DNA of 63,984 nucleotides, the filler included, from Olpidium bornovanus S191 (Eukaryota > Fungi > Olpidiomycota), in NCBI GenBank assembly GCA_017911155.1. It is 29 parts of 29 records of this genome, joined end to end, with 100 filler letters (N's around TTAATTAATTAA, not from the genome) between each part and the next. Parts side by side here need not be neighbours in the genome. Positions count along the whole stretch, not along the records: positions 48,696 to 50,503 come from JAEFCI010009616.1; positions 50,604 to 52,373 come from JAEFCI010001419.1; positions 52,474 to 53,627 come from JAEFCI010003252.1; positions 53,728 to 57,951 come from JAEFCI010002077.1; positions 58,052 to 59,209 come from JAEFCI010000761.1; positions 59,310 to 60,540 come from JAEFCI010001320.1; 23 more parts are not named here. The stretch is one strand, 5' to 3'. Shown here in pieces: positions 48,696 to 60,540 of this stretch. The position numbers and the translations under genes were made by a program. The first letter of the stretch is position 1. Each line of letters starts with the position of its first letter. The notes below the pieces were generated by a model. It saw nothing but the letters and a program-made list of their open reading frames with translations. It had not been told where the DNA came from and ran no database searches.

Positions 48696-50000
48696 CAGCC
48701 ATGCTTCAGGGACGTGCCAGTACTCGCGGACGGCCACGATGGCCGCAGCAACAGCGGACGAGAGCGCGGCGGCCGCGGCGCAAAGGACCGAAGAACGCCG
48801 GGGTGACGACGTAAAACGACAACGGCGACAAGGGAGGGGAAAAAAAAAAGTTACTATATTTTCTCTCCCGATCTAGGATGTTTGCAGTCGCCCGGGCGCC
48901 CGCCCGAACCGGAAGAGCGAGAGAGAGAAAATAAGACCCTTACCGAGCGCGGAGCGCAGCTGGTCGACCTCTCGATCCTCCCGGGTGATCGCGGGCCGTT
49001 CGCCGGCCTTCGCCAGTTCGACGAGCTCCGCGAGTCCGACCAGGTTGACCTGGATCGCCCTGTCCATGGCGGCGGGGTCGTGCGCCAGCGAGCGGCCGCC
49101 GTCGCGGAACAGCGTGGCCGCCTCGGCGAGGAGCGGCAGCGTGTCGACGACCCACAGCGGGACCTGCTTGTCGGCCGCGGCCCGGGTGGAGGAGGACGGG
49201 CGGGGCCCCGCGCCGGTCCGGCCCCACCCCAGCGCCAAAAATTCCCGCTCGTCGACCGGCTCCGCCGCCAACCTCCGCAGCTCCTCCTGCTCGTCCTCCT
49301 CCTCCTCCTCCTCCACCACCACCTCCTCCTCCTCCTCCTCGTTTTCCTTTTCCTTTTCCTCCGCCCGCGCCGCCGCCGCCGCCCCGACGGGCCCGTGCGG
49401 CTTCCCGCCGGCGGCGGCGAGGCGGTCCACGCACGCTTCCACGTCGAACGCCGCGAGCGGCGACGACGAGTACGGCCAGTAGGCGGCCGCCGGCAGCGGC
49501 GTCAGGAACGGGGGCGGCCGCGGCCCGGGGCCGCCGGCGCGGAGCAGGCAGCGGAGGACCGCGCGCTTCACGAGCGAGTGCGCGCCGCAGGTGACGTGGT
49601 CCAGGAGCCGGCAGGCGTACTCCGCGGCAAAGCCGCCGGCGCCGGCGCCGCCGCCGCCGCCGCGCCTCGGCGGACGCCGGCCGCTCTCGCCTTTTCCCGG
49701 CGCCGGCGCCGCCGCTCGCCTCCTCTTCTTCCCGCCGCCGGCGCCCGCTCCCGCCCCGTCGTTCTCCTTGGCGCCGCCCCCCGGCCTTTGCCGCGCCGCT
49801 TCCCGCGCCTCCGAGGCGGCGGCGGAGGCGGCGCCCGCACTCCGGCGGCACGCGCCTTCGGGAGCAGGAGGAGGAGGCGGTCGTCTTCGGGAAGACGGCC
49901 CCGCGTCCGCGGGCGCCGGCGCCGGGACGGTACGAGCGCCGCCGCGGGAAGGTGGTGGCTCGGCGCGGCCGACGGCGGCGGGGGCGGCGGCTGCGATCAT
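48696..50000 (-). CDS. Hypothetical protein, no family recognised, probably 3'-truncated
   Basis: Long GC-rich ORF from ATG 50000 with protein-like blocks (EYACRLLDHVTCGAHSLVKRAVLRCLL; QVPLWVVDTLPLLAEAATLF; MDRAIQVNLVGLAELVEL) ending at a GGTAAG donor near 48940. Confidence 0.55.
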
Positions 50001-50369
50001 GGCGGGCGGGGTCGCCCTCCTCGTCTTCGTCGTGGTCGGTTCCTTTCGCGGTTTCTCGTCCGCAGCGGCGTGAAGGGCGTCGCACCCGCGCGGCGCGCAT
50101 CCCCCGACGGGGGAAGACGGACGGATTGGAATCGGGGACCGGCGCCGCCTGGAAGTCGTTTCCAGGATATCCGCCCGCCCGGCGGCCCGACTCCCGCGCG
50201 CGCGTCCTGCGGCGGAAGAGCTACGCGGCGCGCACGGCGGGGAGCGCGCCGAGAGAGAGAGGGCGGAGGGCCACGCACGCGCGCACGCCCCGCCCGCTGC
50301 AACAAAAACCCGAAATGGCCCGCTCGACACTCGTCCCCTCGAGGGAAGCGGGGCTGTTCCCCGCAGAAC

Positions 50370-50418
<49 letters not shown>

Positions 50419-51030
50419 CCGCCCCCCCCCCCCCCCCCCCCACCTTTTTTTTTCTTTCTTTTTTTATGGGTGTTAATAATTATTTTATAATTTACCGCCA
50501 AAANNNNNNNNNNNNNNNNNNNNNNNNNNNNNNNNNNNNNNNNNNNNTTAATTAATTAANNNNNNNNNNNNNNNNNNNNNNNNNNNNNNNNNNNNNNNNN
50601 NNNCATGATGTGTTTCGTGCTTGATGTGGAGATCTGCCGACGCCGCCAGAGGTCGTCTGTTCACCTTTAACACACGTTGCCCGTACACCAAGCGAAATCC
50701 ACCGTCTCTGCGTACTCGTACATACAATCGTTGTTCATCACAGCCGCTTCGCAGCCGGTGAGAACATATTAGAATCTCCGTTGGCGGTTTTATTTGAGAC
50801 GAAAATTGCCGCATCTCAACGAACGCATTTTCTGGCTCCGTTGTGTGACTTGCCGAAGCAAGCGGACCGACGAAAAAGTTCCCGTTCCTCTCGTTCGGCA
50901 GACAAGAACGACTCGGGAATCAGCATGCCACGTTCCACCACGGCGTAGGCTACATGTGGGTGGCTGCCGTAATGCCAGTGGGGTGGGGGGGGGGGGGCGG
51001 GGGGGGGGGGGGGGGGGGGGAGAGGCACAG

Positions 51031-52373
51031 ATGAGGACAGCCCGTACTTATCCATCATCTAAGGCAGTCCTGGATCTGTCAGCCGGGCGTGGTCACGCGT
51101 TGCACGCTTTCCCCGTTGGACCCTCGGCTTTCAGCTCGGGAATGGACGGGGGCGGCGGCGACCTCGGGTCGGGGAGAAGGGAGCTGCCGCCGTCAGACAG
51201 GCCGGAAGGCCGCCGTCGCCGCGCGAGCGTCCCGCTCCCGACGCCCGCTGCGAGCCCCGACGCCGTTGCAGCCACCTCGCCGCACACCAGCGTGCCCCGC
51301 GCGCAGTCCACCCTTCCTACTCCGTTCGGAAGCGGCCTCGGCGGCGATGCAGGCCGTGAGCCAGGCGACGCGGCCCTGCCGGACGGGGCAGCCGACGGGG
51401 GCAGCACGATTCGCAAGCGCCGCCCAGATTCGTCACCCCGGGCCGGGAACAGTGTGCGCAACGTAAAGAGGTTCGTGGCCAACGTCCGAACCGGAAGTAC
51501 AGCCCCCGGAGAGGAAGATCCGTCCCCGGACGACGAGAGTGCCTTGCGCGCCGCTGCTCTTTCGAACGCAACGGAGGACGGTGAGTCGCAAAGTACGGCG
51601 GAGCCCCGCCGTTCCATACGCGCGGGTGCGAGATGCTGGCCTCCGCATACAGGAGATTGCGAACCGCCGTGACGGAGAAGGGGTGTCATGACTGCGACGG
51701 CGCCACCACCTGTCCCCGGCCGTTTACTGCTTTACCGGCACGTCTGCCCCACAGTTTTGCGTTCGAACGCCACTATCCGACGTCACCGTTCAATCCTAGC
51801 GGCTATTGCATCAGACCCCCAGCTTCCCGTTTGGACGCCCGTGTTCGACGGGCTGTTAGTGGCCGTTACCTTGTTAACAGAACGTCCATCGTCCAATGCT
51901 TACATCCAAGTTCGCACGTTACTGGAGGTTCACCGTGTGAGCCCGAATGCGTCAGACGGCAGAGGAAGAGCGCCACTTCATTTTGCTAGTTCTAACGGCA
52001 ATGTGTCCATTGTGGCGCTGCTCATACAGTACGGTGCGAACGTAGAAGTTGCAGGTATTTATGGGAACCCCTTCCAATCAGAACGAATAAGCTGGTCATT
52101 ACTGACTGTGCCGTAGATGTAAATGGTAACAGGCCCCTGCATCTCGCAATTTCCTCCAACCACATGGCCGTCGTAAATGAACTTCTGAAGGCTGGTAAGT
52201 TGACTGAATGACGTAGGTGCTGACTGGCGCATCCTGCGAGTGCGAACGAGCGGAGACGAATCTATGAAGAATGAATGCGAAACACTTTTCGGCTCTTCAC
52301 AGGGGCTCGACCGGAATCGGGCAACGGGAGCAACAAGACGCCTCTGGACTTGGCAACCTCTCGCCTTACCATG
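51031..52373 (+). CDS. Ankyrin-repeat protein, ANKRD54-like, 3'-truncated; start approximate
   Basis: ALRAAALSNATED/VRTLL..PNASDGRGRAPLHFASSNGNVSIVALLIQYGANVEVA/DVNGNRPLHLAISSNHMAVVNELLKAG/..NKTPLDLATSRL closely parallels remembered ANKRD54 (GRTALHFASCNGN..GNTPLHLAACTNHVPV..RTPLHLAKSKL). Confidence 0.8.
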
Positions 52374-54792
52374 NNNNNNNNNNNNNNNNNNNNNNNNNNN
52401 NNNNNNNNNNNNNNNNNTTAATTAATTAANNNNNNNNNNNNNNNNNNNNNNNNNNNNNNNNNNNNNNNNNNNNCATGCCCGAGTCCTTCCCCGGCAATGG
52501 AGAAGAAGCGGCCGGCACGGCCTGCGGGAACGAGGACGGTCGGGAAACACGGTGAGGGGCGAAGCTCCCTCTTTTGTTCGCAGTTCTGTCTGTGAAGCCG
52601 GAGGTTCTGATCTACGTACGCACTGCCCTCCGGAAGAGGAGTGACACCTTTGATCAGGCGACCAGAAAATGCTTTCGTATTGGCAATCTCATAATAACAA
52701 TTGCTATGAAGTATTGCGTCCTGTTGTGAACTGCGTTGGCGCCGTTGCGAGTGAATGATTAAACCTGCACTCCTGTAGGAAAAAAACGCCAGGTGCCGGA
52801 GCCTGAGTCGGAGCGGCGGCTGACGCGGCGTGCCTCCCCGCCGCGCGCTGCACCGTCGCCGGAGCCGGTTCACCAACCCCGGCCGGCGGCTGTTCCTGGA
52901 ACAGCAGTCTCCTCCGCGCCGACCCCTCGCCTCCGCCGTCACTGCGCCCGTGGTCACAGGCTTCGACGCGCCGCAGCCGCCGCACGGGCGCAGGGCAGTG
53001 GCGCGAACACCCCTTGCACGCCAGCGACAGGTTCGCCGCGGTGCTGCGGAGGGCGTTCGCTGAGGCGGAGAGCTCCGAAGCCGCCAAGTTCCTGCAGGGC
53101 CCCAGCACGCCCATCGTTGACCGCCGAGAAACGGGGAGGGACGCCGCATGTGTTCCCCGTGTCGAGCTTCCGCGTCTTGCGGCGCCGGGCTCACGGAGTT
53201 GGTTGCGCCTGTCCAAACCGATCCGAGCTCAACGTCAAATTGAGCGGCCGCTGTGGCTATAATCCGTCTATGTCCTTCGTCCGTGGAGACGCGCTCCTTT
53301 CAGGAAATTGCTCTTAGGCTTTAAGCCCGAAGTAAAGCACCTGGTGGTCTTTGGCTGACGCGTATGGACGGCTATATAGGCTTCTAAGCGCACCAAGTCA
53401 AATGCTCAGGAGGCGGTGGGTTACGGAAACAGTCGAAATGAAACGCCGTGCAGGCATTGCTCGACGCGTTTGTTTGTGTGTGTTGGTGTGGGTTTGCGTG
53501 TACGCGCGTGTTTGCGTGCGTGTGAAGGGGAACGTTTCCTTGCTGAAAGTTTTCTAAACAAGATATTTCGCGCTTGTTTACTGGAACATATTCCTGCACG
53601 GTAAACAGGTCAAGAAAAGGATACATGNNNNNNNNNNNNNNNNNNNNNNNNNNNNNNNNNNNNNNNNNNNNTTAATTAATTAANNNNNNNNNNNNNNNNN
53701 NNNNNNNNNNNNNNNNNNNNNNNNNNNCCCCGTGTGTTTTTTTTTTTTTTTTTTTTTTTTTTTTTGTCGCGGCGTTCACGGTTCCGGCGCCCGTGGTATT
53801 CCGCAGCCGCAACGCCCGTGACCCACGACACGCGCACCCTCGTCGCCCTCGTCGCCACCGTCAATGCCCTCATCGTCGGCGCGTCAGCCTGACCAGCGCT
53901 GCTGCAGAAGCCCGGTTTGCCGTCGGCACGGCCGATCTCAAGGGTCGCGGCCCGGGGCGACATTGCCTCGTTTGCTCCACAGGGCGTCGTCCACCCGCAG
54001 GTAAAAAGGGGGCACGCGAGCTGCCGACGACGCGGGGCAAGTTTGTTCAGCGCCGACACCTCCGTTGTGATCACCCGCGGGAGGCGTTTCACAGCGAAGC
54101 CACTGGCGCCCCTTCCCTGCGGTTCCGGGCGCCCCCCCGTAAGAGACGGTTATCGGCACCGGTAACAAAAGAGAATTGCTGTACTGCGGGCACCGACGAG
54201 AGATTGTTATTATGGGGCGCCCGACAAAGGCCAACCCGGAATTTGGAGCGGCTGACACGCACTGCGATTGCTGGTTGACACACACGGCGGGGAGGCGGGC
54301 GGGGAAAGAGAGAGAGCGAGAGAGCGAGAGAGCGCGCATCCGGGATGAAAAGACTGGAGAGCTCGAATGTTTTCTCCCCCAACAATTCCGCTCGATTTCC
54401 CGGCCCCGTCAGGAGGCGAGAGGCGGGGGATTTTCGTCGCGGTCGTTTCGGTTAAGAGGGCTGATCCCACGTTGTCAGGGATGTGTGCGCATGATTGCAA
54501 TTAAGAAAAGGTGGGGGTTTTTTTTTTTTCCGTTTCCTTCCCCTTTGTTGTGTATCCAGGAGCCAAAAAAAGGGGGAGAGCGCCGTCACGGAGGCGAGGA
54601 GAGCGCGCAGCGAGATGGAGAAGAAGTGTGTGTTCGGGGCGTGGCGCCGCTATTCGGTCTAGGCTTGTTTTGTATGGCGGAGAGAGCTAGGCACTCACTC
54701 TATTACAAAGGGGCAACACTGGTGCGCGCAGTGCGCCGGGAGCTCGCCTCCCCCCTTCTTTATTCCCAACACCAACCCTTTCTCCCCCCCCC

Positions 54793-54840
<48 letters not shown>

Positions 54841-54984
54841 CCCCCTCCCAGCAGCAGGCGTCATCATCACACACGCACGCACGCACGCACGCGCGCGCGC
54901 CCCCCAGAACGTTTTTCAGTTCATTTTGTGTTCGGCCGGGCCCCGCCGCCCAGTCAGACGCCCCCGGCGCGCCTCCCGCCCGTA

Positions 54985-56779
54985 ATGCGCCCCCCGCGTT
55001 GCGCCCGAGGCCGCGCCGTCGGGCCGCCTTTTCCCGGCTGCTTGCGCTGCGCGCGTCGCGGCCCTTCCGCCGCGCGGCTGCCGCCCGCCGCCCGCGGGAA
55101 GGCCACGGCCGCGGAGCCGGCGCCCGCCGGAGAAGTCCCCGGCGACGCTGCGCCTCCGCCGGCGGCACCGGACCCGTGCGTCCGGCGGCCAGGTCGCGGC
55201 GTCGACGGCGAAGGCGCGGAACGCAGGCTTGCGAACGTCGTGACGGGCCTGTTCGGCTCGCGGATCGCCTTGGCGCCCCGGTCGCCCCCGACAGCTCCCG
55301 CAGAGTGGAACGTCATGGACGACGCCAGGGTGCTCACCCGACTCTCCGCTCTCCAGCGGGAAGGGTTGGCCGCGGGGTCCGTCGACTGGAAGCTCCTGGA
55401 GCAAGACTTCAGCTTGCCGGCGGAGGAGCTCCGTCGGCGCTTCGAGAAGTTCTGCCCGACTCTGCCCGGCGTGGAGGCCGAACTCAAGGCGGTCGCGCAA
55501 AAGCTGGCAAAAATTCCGTCCATTCCGGCCAGAAGGAAGTGGCTGCCGGAGGATGTGGACAATCTCATCCGCGCAGTGAACGCCCCGGAGGTGCGGTTCA
55601 GAAGGAAAAAAAATTGGGAGCTGATCGGAGCACGCGTCGGCAAATCCGGGAAAGACTGCCTGGCCAAGTATCGGAGCCTGAAGCAACGGCACGCAAGTCG
55701 TTTTCTCCCGATGTGGACTGTAGAGGAAGACGCGGAGCTGCTTGCGAGCGCGGAAAACAACGTCCTGCGGTTAGGACGTCCAGACTGGAAACGAGTCGCT
55801 GTCGCCATCGGGCGCACAGAAACGACCGTCTGGAACCGATTCTACTGGTTGCGTAGGACGGGTTCTGTCCCTGTCGGTAAGGACGGAGAACGCAGGGACC
55901 CGCGCGCCGTCAAGGCCCTCATTACGAGGATCTACGGCAGGGCCCCCTGGTCGGAGGACGAAACCAAGGAGGTAGTCCGTGTGGCCAATCAAGCCCGCGT
56001 CCGACTTGCGCGTGACCGCTGGAAGGCTGCCGCTGCCGAGCTGGAGCGAAAGCGGTCGCCGCTTGCGTGCCGTCTTCGTGTCTACAGAGTCTCGAATTTC
56101 GGAACCCGGCCTACCGGTTTGCTCCCGCTGTGGACTGCGTTCGACGACACTGAGTTAACGGCCTGCGTTGAAGAATTTAAGAAGAGTCACAAAGAGGTCG
56201 ACTGGAAGAGTATTGCTGCCACGCTTAATCGCCCTTTGACAACTGTGTCGCGTCGAGTCGCTCTCTTGAATAAGAAGATGCTGACTACGGGAGAGATCAA
56301 ACGTGATAGTCACGGCTTTCCCGTCGCTCGCCGGCGCCGTTCCCAATCCTCGAGGTTCTGGACGCCGGCTGAGGACATCGCCCTCATCCTGTGGAAACTA
56401 CAACCCAACAAACCGCGTTTCGCAGACGTGGCTTCCTCTCTGCGGAGATCAGTAGACGCGTGCGAAAGCAGGGTCAGTCCTGCGCGGGAAAAACTGTTTT
56501 CACGGCATTCGTCTTCCCGTCGCCCTTTATTTTTTTCGTCGTTTTTAAGACCACAACCGCCTGATCGCACAGTACTTCGCACTGAGAGCGCGATATCGCC
56601 TAGACGACCTCAAGGCCCTACCACCGTCCGTGCCCAGCCGTAGTGGAACCCCGGGGGATAACGAGTGCGGGGGGGCGAACCCCGGGAACGAGCCCAGCGG
56701 GCGGCAGTGTACGTCGCTCGCGCCGCGATCGTTTCGTGCGCCGCGTGTACGTTCGTCCCCACGGGGTTCTTATTTTTGA
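54985..56779 (+). CDS. Protein with six tandem Myb/SANT repeats
   Basis: The repeats begin EWNVMDD, KWLPEDV, MWTVEED, PWSEDET, LWTAFDD and FWTPAED. Repeats 1-5 have a second Trp (DW/NW/RW); repeat 6 has Phe there. Intron 56473-56572 completes repeat 6 (SVDACESR|YFAL). Confidence 0.85.
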
Positions 56780-57423
56780 CCCGGCCCGCTTGCTCTCCAT
56801 ATGCGTTTCAACATAGGACACGCAGAAAAAGGAAAAGGCGAAGGTAAGGAAATAACGGTTCAAACGTAGTGTGTCTACCAATCATAGCATCAGGTTGTGT
56901 TTTGATACCAAATCCCTCTGAAACCGTCCTTTGCATTGTTCGTCCCTTCCACCGTACAGCATCGCGCAGTTCCGCTTCCGTTAAAGTCCCGACCAAGCTG
57001 CGAATTAGTAAAACGGACAGATACCTGTCGGGCTGAAAAGAACTCTATAAATGTTGTCGTCAGGAAACGGAAAGGGATCCGGCGATGCCTAATGGTGAAA
57101 TGACGTTACTGCGGGGAAACGTATTCCCCAGGAGTCAGGGTCAGGGTCACGCCCCAAGTCACTTTGAAATACGCCGACGCAGGGTCCTTCACATTCGGTG
57201 TCCGTTGATCGCCGGCGGTCGTCCCAGCAACCTGCGCTCCACGTGTCATGATCTCTGCGGTCCCGTTGAATCACGGCTCGCATCCGGCCCGCATGCCCGT
57301 GTTCCGTCCGATTTCGACGCCACACAGCGGGTTCGTGGAACGCCCCCCCAAGACCGCGACGCATCAAACGACCATCAACATTTTGTTGCCTGCGTCGCGG
57401 CCGCCTCTTTGTCACCGACCTCT

Positions 57424-57457
<34 letters not shown>

Positions 57458-57798
57458 ATGTTTCTGCCCCCCCCCCTCGGGAAGTGCCGGGAAAGGGGAA
57501 ACCTTCTACGACGTTCTAGAAAATTCGAGTATTTATTTTTGGCTCTGGTGCCCGGTCCTCCCGCCCCCCCCCCCTCCTCCCCCTTTTCCGCCCCCCGCAG
57601 CAAAACATTGTAACAACAAAGAAAGCCCCAGAAGGGAACAAATGGGGAAGGGGACGGAAGGGGGGGGGAGGAGGGGGAGAGAGGCGGCGCCGGTTTTGTT
57701 TACTTTTTTTGGAGGGGGTGGGAAGAGCGAACGAACACACACACTCGGGCTATTGCGGATGGGTGGAATATGCCCGGGGGGCGGAGTCCGGGCGGGGG

Positions 57799-57805
57799 TA
57801 TAAAA
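57799..57805 (+). promoter_or_regulatory. TATA box upstream of U2 snRNA
   Basis: TATAAAA in otherwise GC-rich DNA, about 44 nt upstream of the U2 5' end. Confidence 0.6.
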
Positions 57806-57842
57806 GGCGGGCGTCCCCCGGCCGGAAACTTTTTTTTCCCCA

Positions 57843-57951
57843 ATCCTCTCAGGCCTATTGGCTTAGATCAAGTGTAGTATCTGTTCTATTCAGCTTAATA
57901 TCTGAATCGTCCCCTCCGGGGGACATAATGATATTAAACTTATTTTTGGCA
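57843..57951 (+). ncRNA. U2: U2 spliceosomal snRNA, 5' part (truncated by the gap)
   Basis: GGCCTATTGGCTTAGATCAAGTGTAGTATCTGTTCT contains the GTAGTA branch-pairing motif. Stem IIa is ATTCAG/CTGAAT, stem IIb is GTCCCC/GGGGAC and the Sm site is ATTTTTGG. Confidence 0.95.
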
Positions 57952-58659
57952 NNNNNNNNNNNNNNNNNNNNNNNNNNNNNNNNNNNNNNNNNNNNTTAAT
58001 TAATTAANNNNNNNNNNNNNNNNNNNNNNNNNNNNNNNNNNNNNNNNNNNNCCCAGACAGCGGGTAGGTATATGCACAAGAAGACAGCCACACTTCTAGA
58101 CACGCGGGGCTTCCGGTTAACGTGCGATCTAAGATCCAGTTCCCTTCAAATTGCACAAGTGCAATCTAAAGGCCCCCTTCAGTCCGAAACGCTCGTCCGC
58201 TTAAAGCACTTCCGCGATCTTTATTAAGGTGCTAGGTAGAACAGAATGTCGGTGTAGAGGGATGGGGTGGAGGAGATCATATGGAGGGGGTGAGGTGCGA
58301 GGAATCCTAGATTCCTCGCTCTATTTATACACGCGAGCTCCCCCCTTTATTCCTCAATGTCTATATAGGAATGCTTGCCCGTCGGAGTCCGTCGGGGTCC
58401 GTGGGAACCTTCTCGAACCTTCCTCCCTTTCCGGGTGCGCCCGGAGCTTGCCCCTTTCCCCCCTGTCCCCCTTTTCCCTTCTTTTTGAGGACCGGAGATT
58501 TTTCCCCGTGCCCCGTGCCCCTTGCGCACGGGCCCAGGGGGTTCAGGGTGTTGCGCCCGAAATATTTTTACCGCTCTCATACTACTACTACTACCACCCA
58601 ACGTAGCCCAAACAAAAACACCAAAATAAAACGACAGGTTATGAGCCCAAGGCTCCGCT

Positions 58660-58890
58660 GACCGAGCCTTCGCCGCCGTCGCCGCACCCGCGCTTCGCCG
58701 TCGTCGCTGCCCCGCGCTTCGGCTCCGCCTTCCGCCAAGGCTACGCAAACCGCGCGTTGCCGCCATTGCCACGCTTCGCCGCCATCGCGCTTCGGCTGCG
58801 CCTTCCGTCGCCGCACTCGCGCTTCAGTATCGCCGTCGCCGCCATCGCGTTTCGGGCCCGCTTTCCGCCGTCGCCGCGCCCCGCGCTTGG
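58660..58890. repeat. Degenerate GC-rich tandem array (CGCGCTTCG / CCGTCGCCGC units)
   Basis: About 7 CGCG(C/T)TTC cores and duplicated CGCCGCCATCGCG(C/T)TTCGG. Confidence 0.55.
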
Positions 58891-59656
58891 GGATTCTAAA
58901 GCCGATAGGCCTTGGAAGTGGAACTGTAGCCGACCAGAACGAGGCGTTCAGCAGCTGGGGCCAATTTGTGCTGCCGGGCATCCTTGAGGAGATGCGAGTA
59001 GGCATAAGAGCCGATAACTCTCAGAAAACTCTCAGAAAACTGACATCTGGACGGGCGTGGCGACTCGGTAGAATTGCTGCAATGGAAAGGCGATAATCGA
59101 GGAAGGAGTGCGGAGACCGGTTATAAATAAGAACAGTCGCAAGCCATACCTCCGGCCAGAGCTTGATGGGTAACCTGGCAGTGAGGAGAGTGGCACGTGT
59201 GCGTTCTTCNNNNNNNNNNNNNNNNNNNNNNNNNNNNNNNNNNNNNNNNNNNNTTAATTAATTAANNNNNNNNNNNNNNNNNNNNNNNNNNNNNNNNNNN
59301 NNNNNNNNNGGGGGGGGGGGGGGGGGGGGGGGGGGGGCGGGGGTCGTCACCGGGGCGGGGCGGGGCGTGGAGGAAAGGAAGGAAAGCCCCAAAGAAAAGA
59401 AACCCCCTTTTTTCAGATTTCCGTTCTCTGGTTTTGTCGCGTCTTCGACGTGTTCTTTCTTCCTTTTCCGCGGGCCGGGAGAAAACGGAAAAAGAAGGGA
59501 GCCGGGTGGTGGGGTGTTGTGCCGATCCGCGTTTCCGCCGTTGCTAACAACTGTGGGAAAAAAACCGCCCCCGACTTGGCGGCATCCCCAAGGCGGAAAA
59601 AAAAAGAAAAAAAAAAGAAAAACACGTTCTTTTTTTTTTCTTCCTGCAAAAAAAAA

Positions 59657-60540
59657 ATGACGGAACGCATCGAGGCGCCGCCGATTTGCCCGACCCTGAA
59701 ATTCAACGGCGCCGTCGCGGTCCCTTCCGAACGACGTAAGACGCTCCCCTCCCCTTTCCCGTTGCGGGGTCCCCCCCGCCGCCCTAGCCGCACCGCCGCG
59801 CTCCCTGTGACCGTTCGACTTTTCTGACACTCCCTTGCCCGCCCCGTCTGCCTCCGACCCTGACGCCAACTCTCCCGCTGACCACCGTTTTCCCCCCGCC
59901 CTCCCACCCCCAACACGGCTGCCGTTTCGCAAAGCGCGGGAATCCGGTTTGATTCTGCCGGACCAAGTTGCGCGGTTGTGGGCGGTCAACGCCGGCGGCG
60001 ATCCGGGTTTCGCGACGGCGGCCGGCGCCGGCGCCGGCGACGCGCTGTACTTCGATGCCGCCGCCGGCGTCCGCATCGCTCCGCCGCCGCCCGAGCACCC
60101 CGCGCCGGGTGGTCCCGTTTTGCTCCCGGTCTACGCCGACCGGCCGGCGCCGCCGGGGACCGCGCTCGCCGCGGCGGAAAACCTGGCGGCGGCGGCGGCG
60201 GCGGCCGCCGCCGCCGTCGGTCCGCTGTACGGCCTCCACTACGCCGTGACGGCCGCCGCCGCGCCCGAGCACGCGCTCATGGAGTGCGACCCGTCGGCGC
60301 TGTTCGCGGCGGCGGCGGCGGGCGGTCCGCCGGACGCCGCTCCCACGTGCATCCCTCATTATCCGGGCCTCTTCCTGGCGTCGTTCCCCGCGGCGGCGGC
60401 GGCGGCCCCGGCGGGCCGCCATGAAATGGCACCGGCGCCGGGGAAACTGGCGCAGCAGGCCCATCCTCCCGTCTTCGCCGTCCATCTCCGGAGGGACCGC
60501 GCCGGAATGTTGTCGCCGTCGTCCTCGTCGTCGCCGCCGA
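59657..60540 (+). CDS. Hypothetical Ala/Pro-rich protein, 3'-truncated
   Basis: Exon 1 MTERIEAPPICPTLKFNGAVAVPSER ends at a GTAAG donor. A GCTGAC branch site follows, then an in-phase exon (RESGLILPDQVARLWAVNAGG..) open to the contig end. Confidence 0.5.

Noticed and set aside
52474-53627. Possible spliced gene on the minus strand (MGVLGPCRNL..; LHSNCYYEIANTKAF..)
   Set aside because: Splice-like signals exist, but no frame-consistent model or family motif could be supported.
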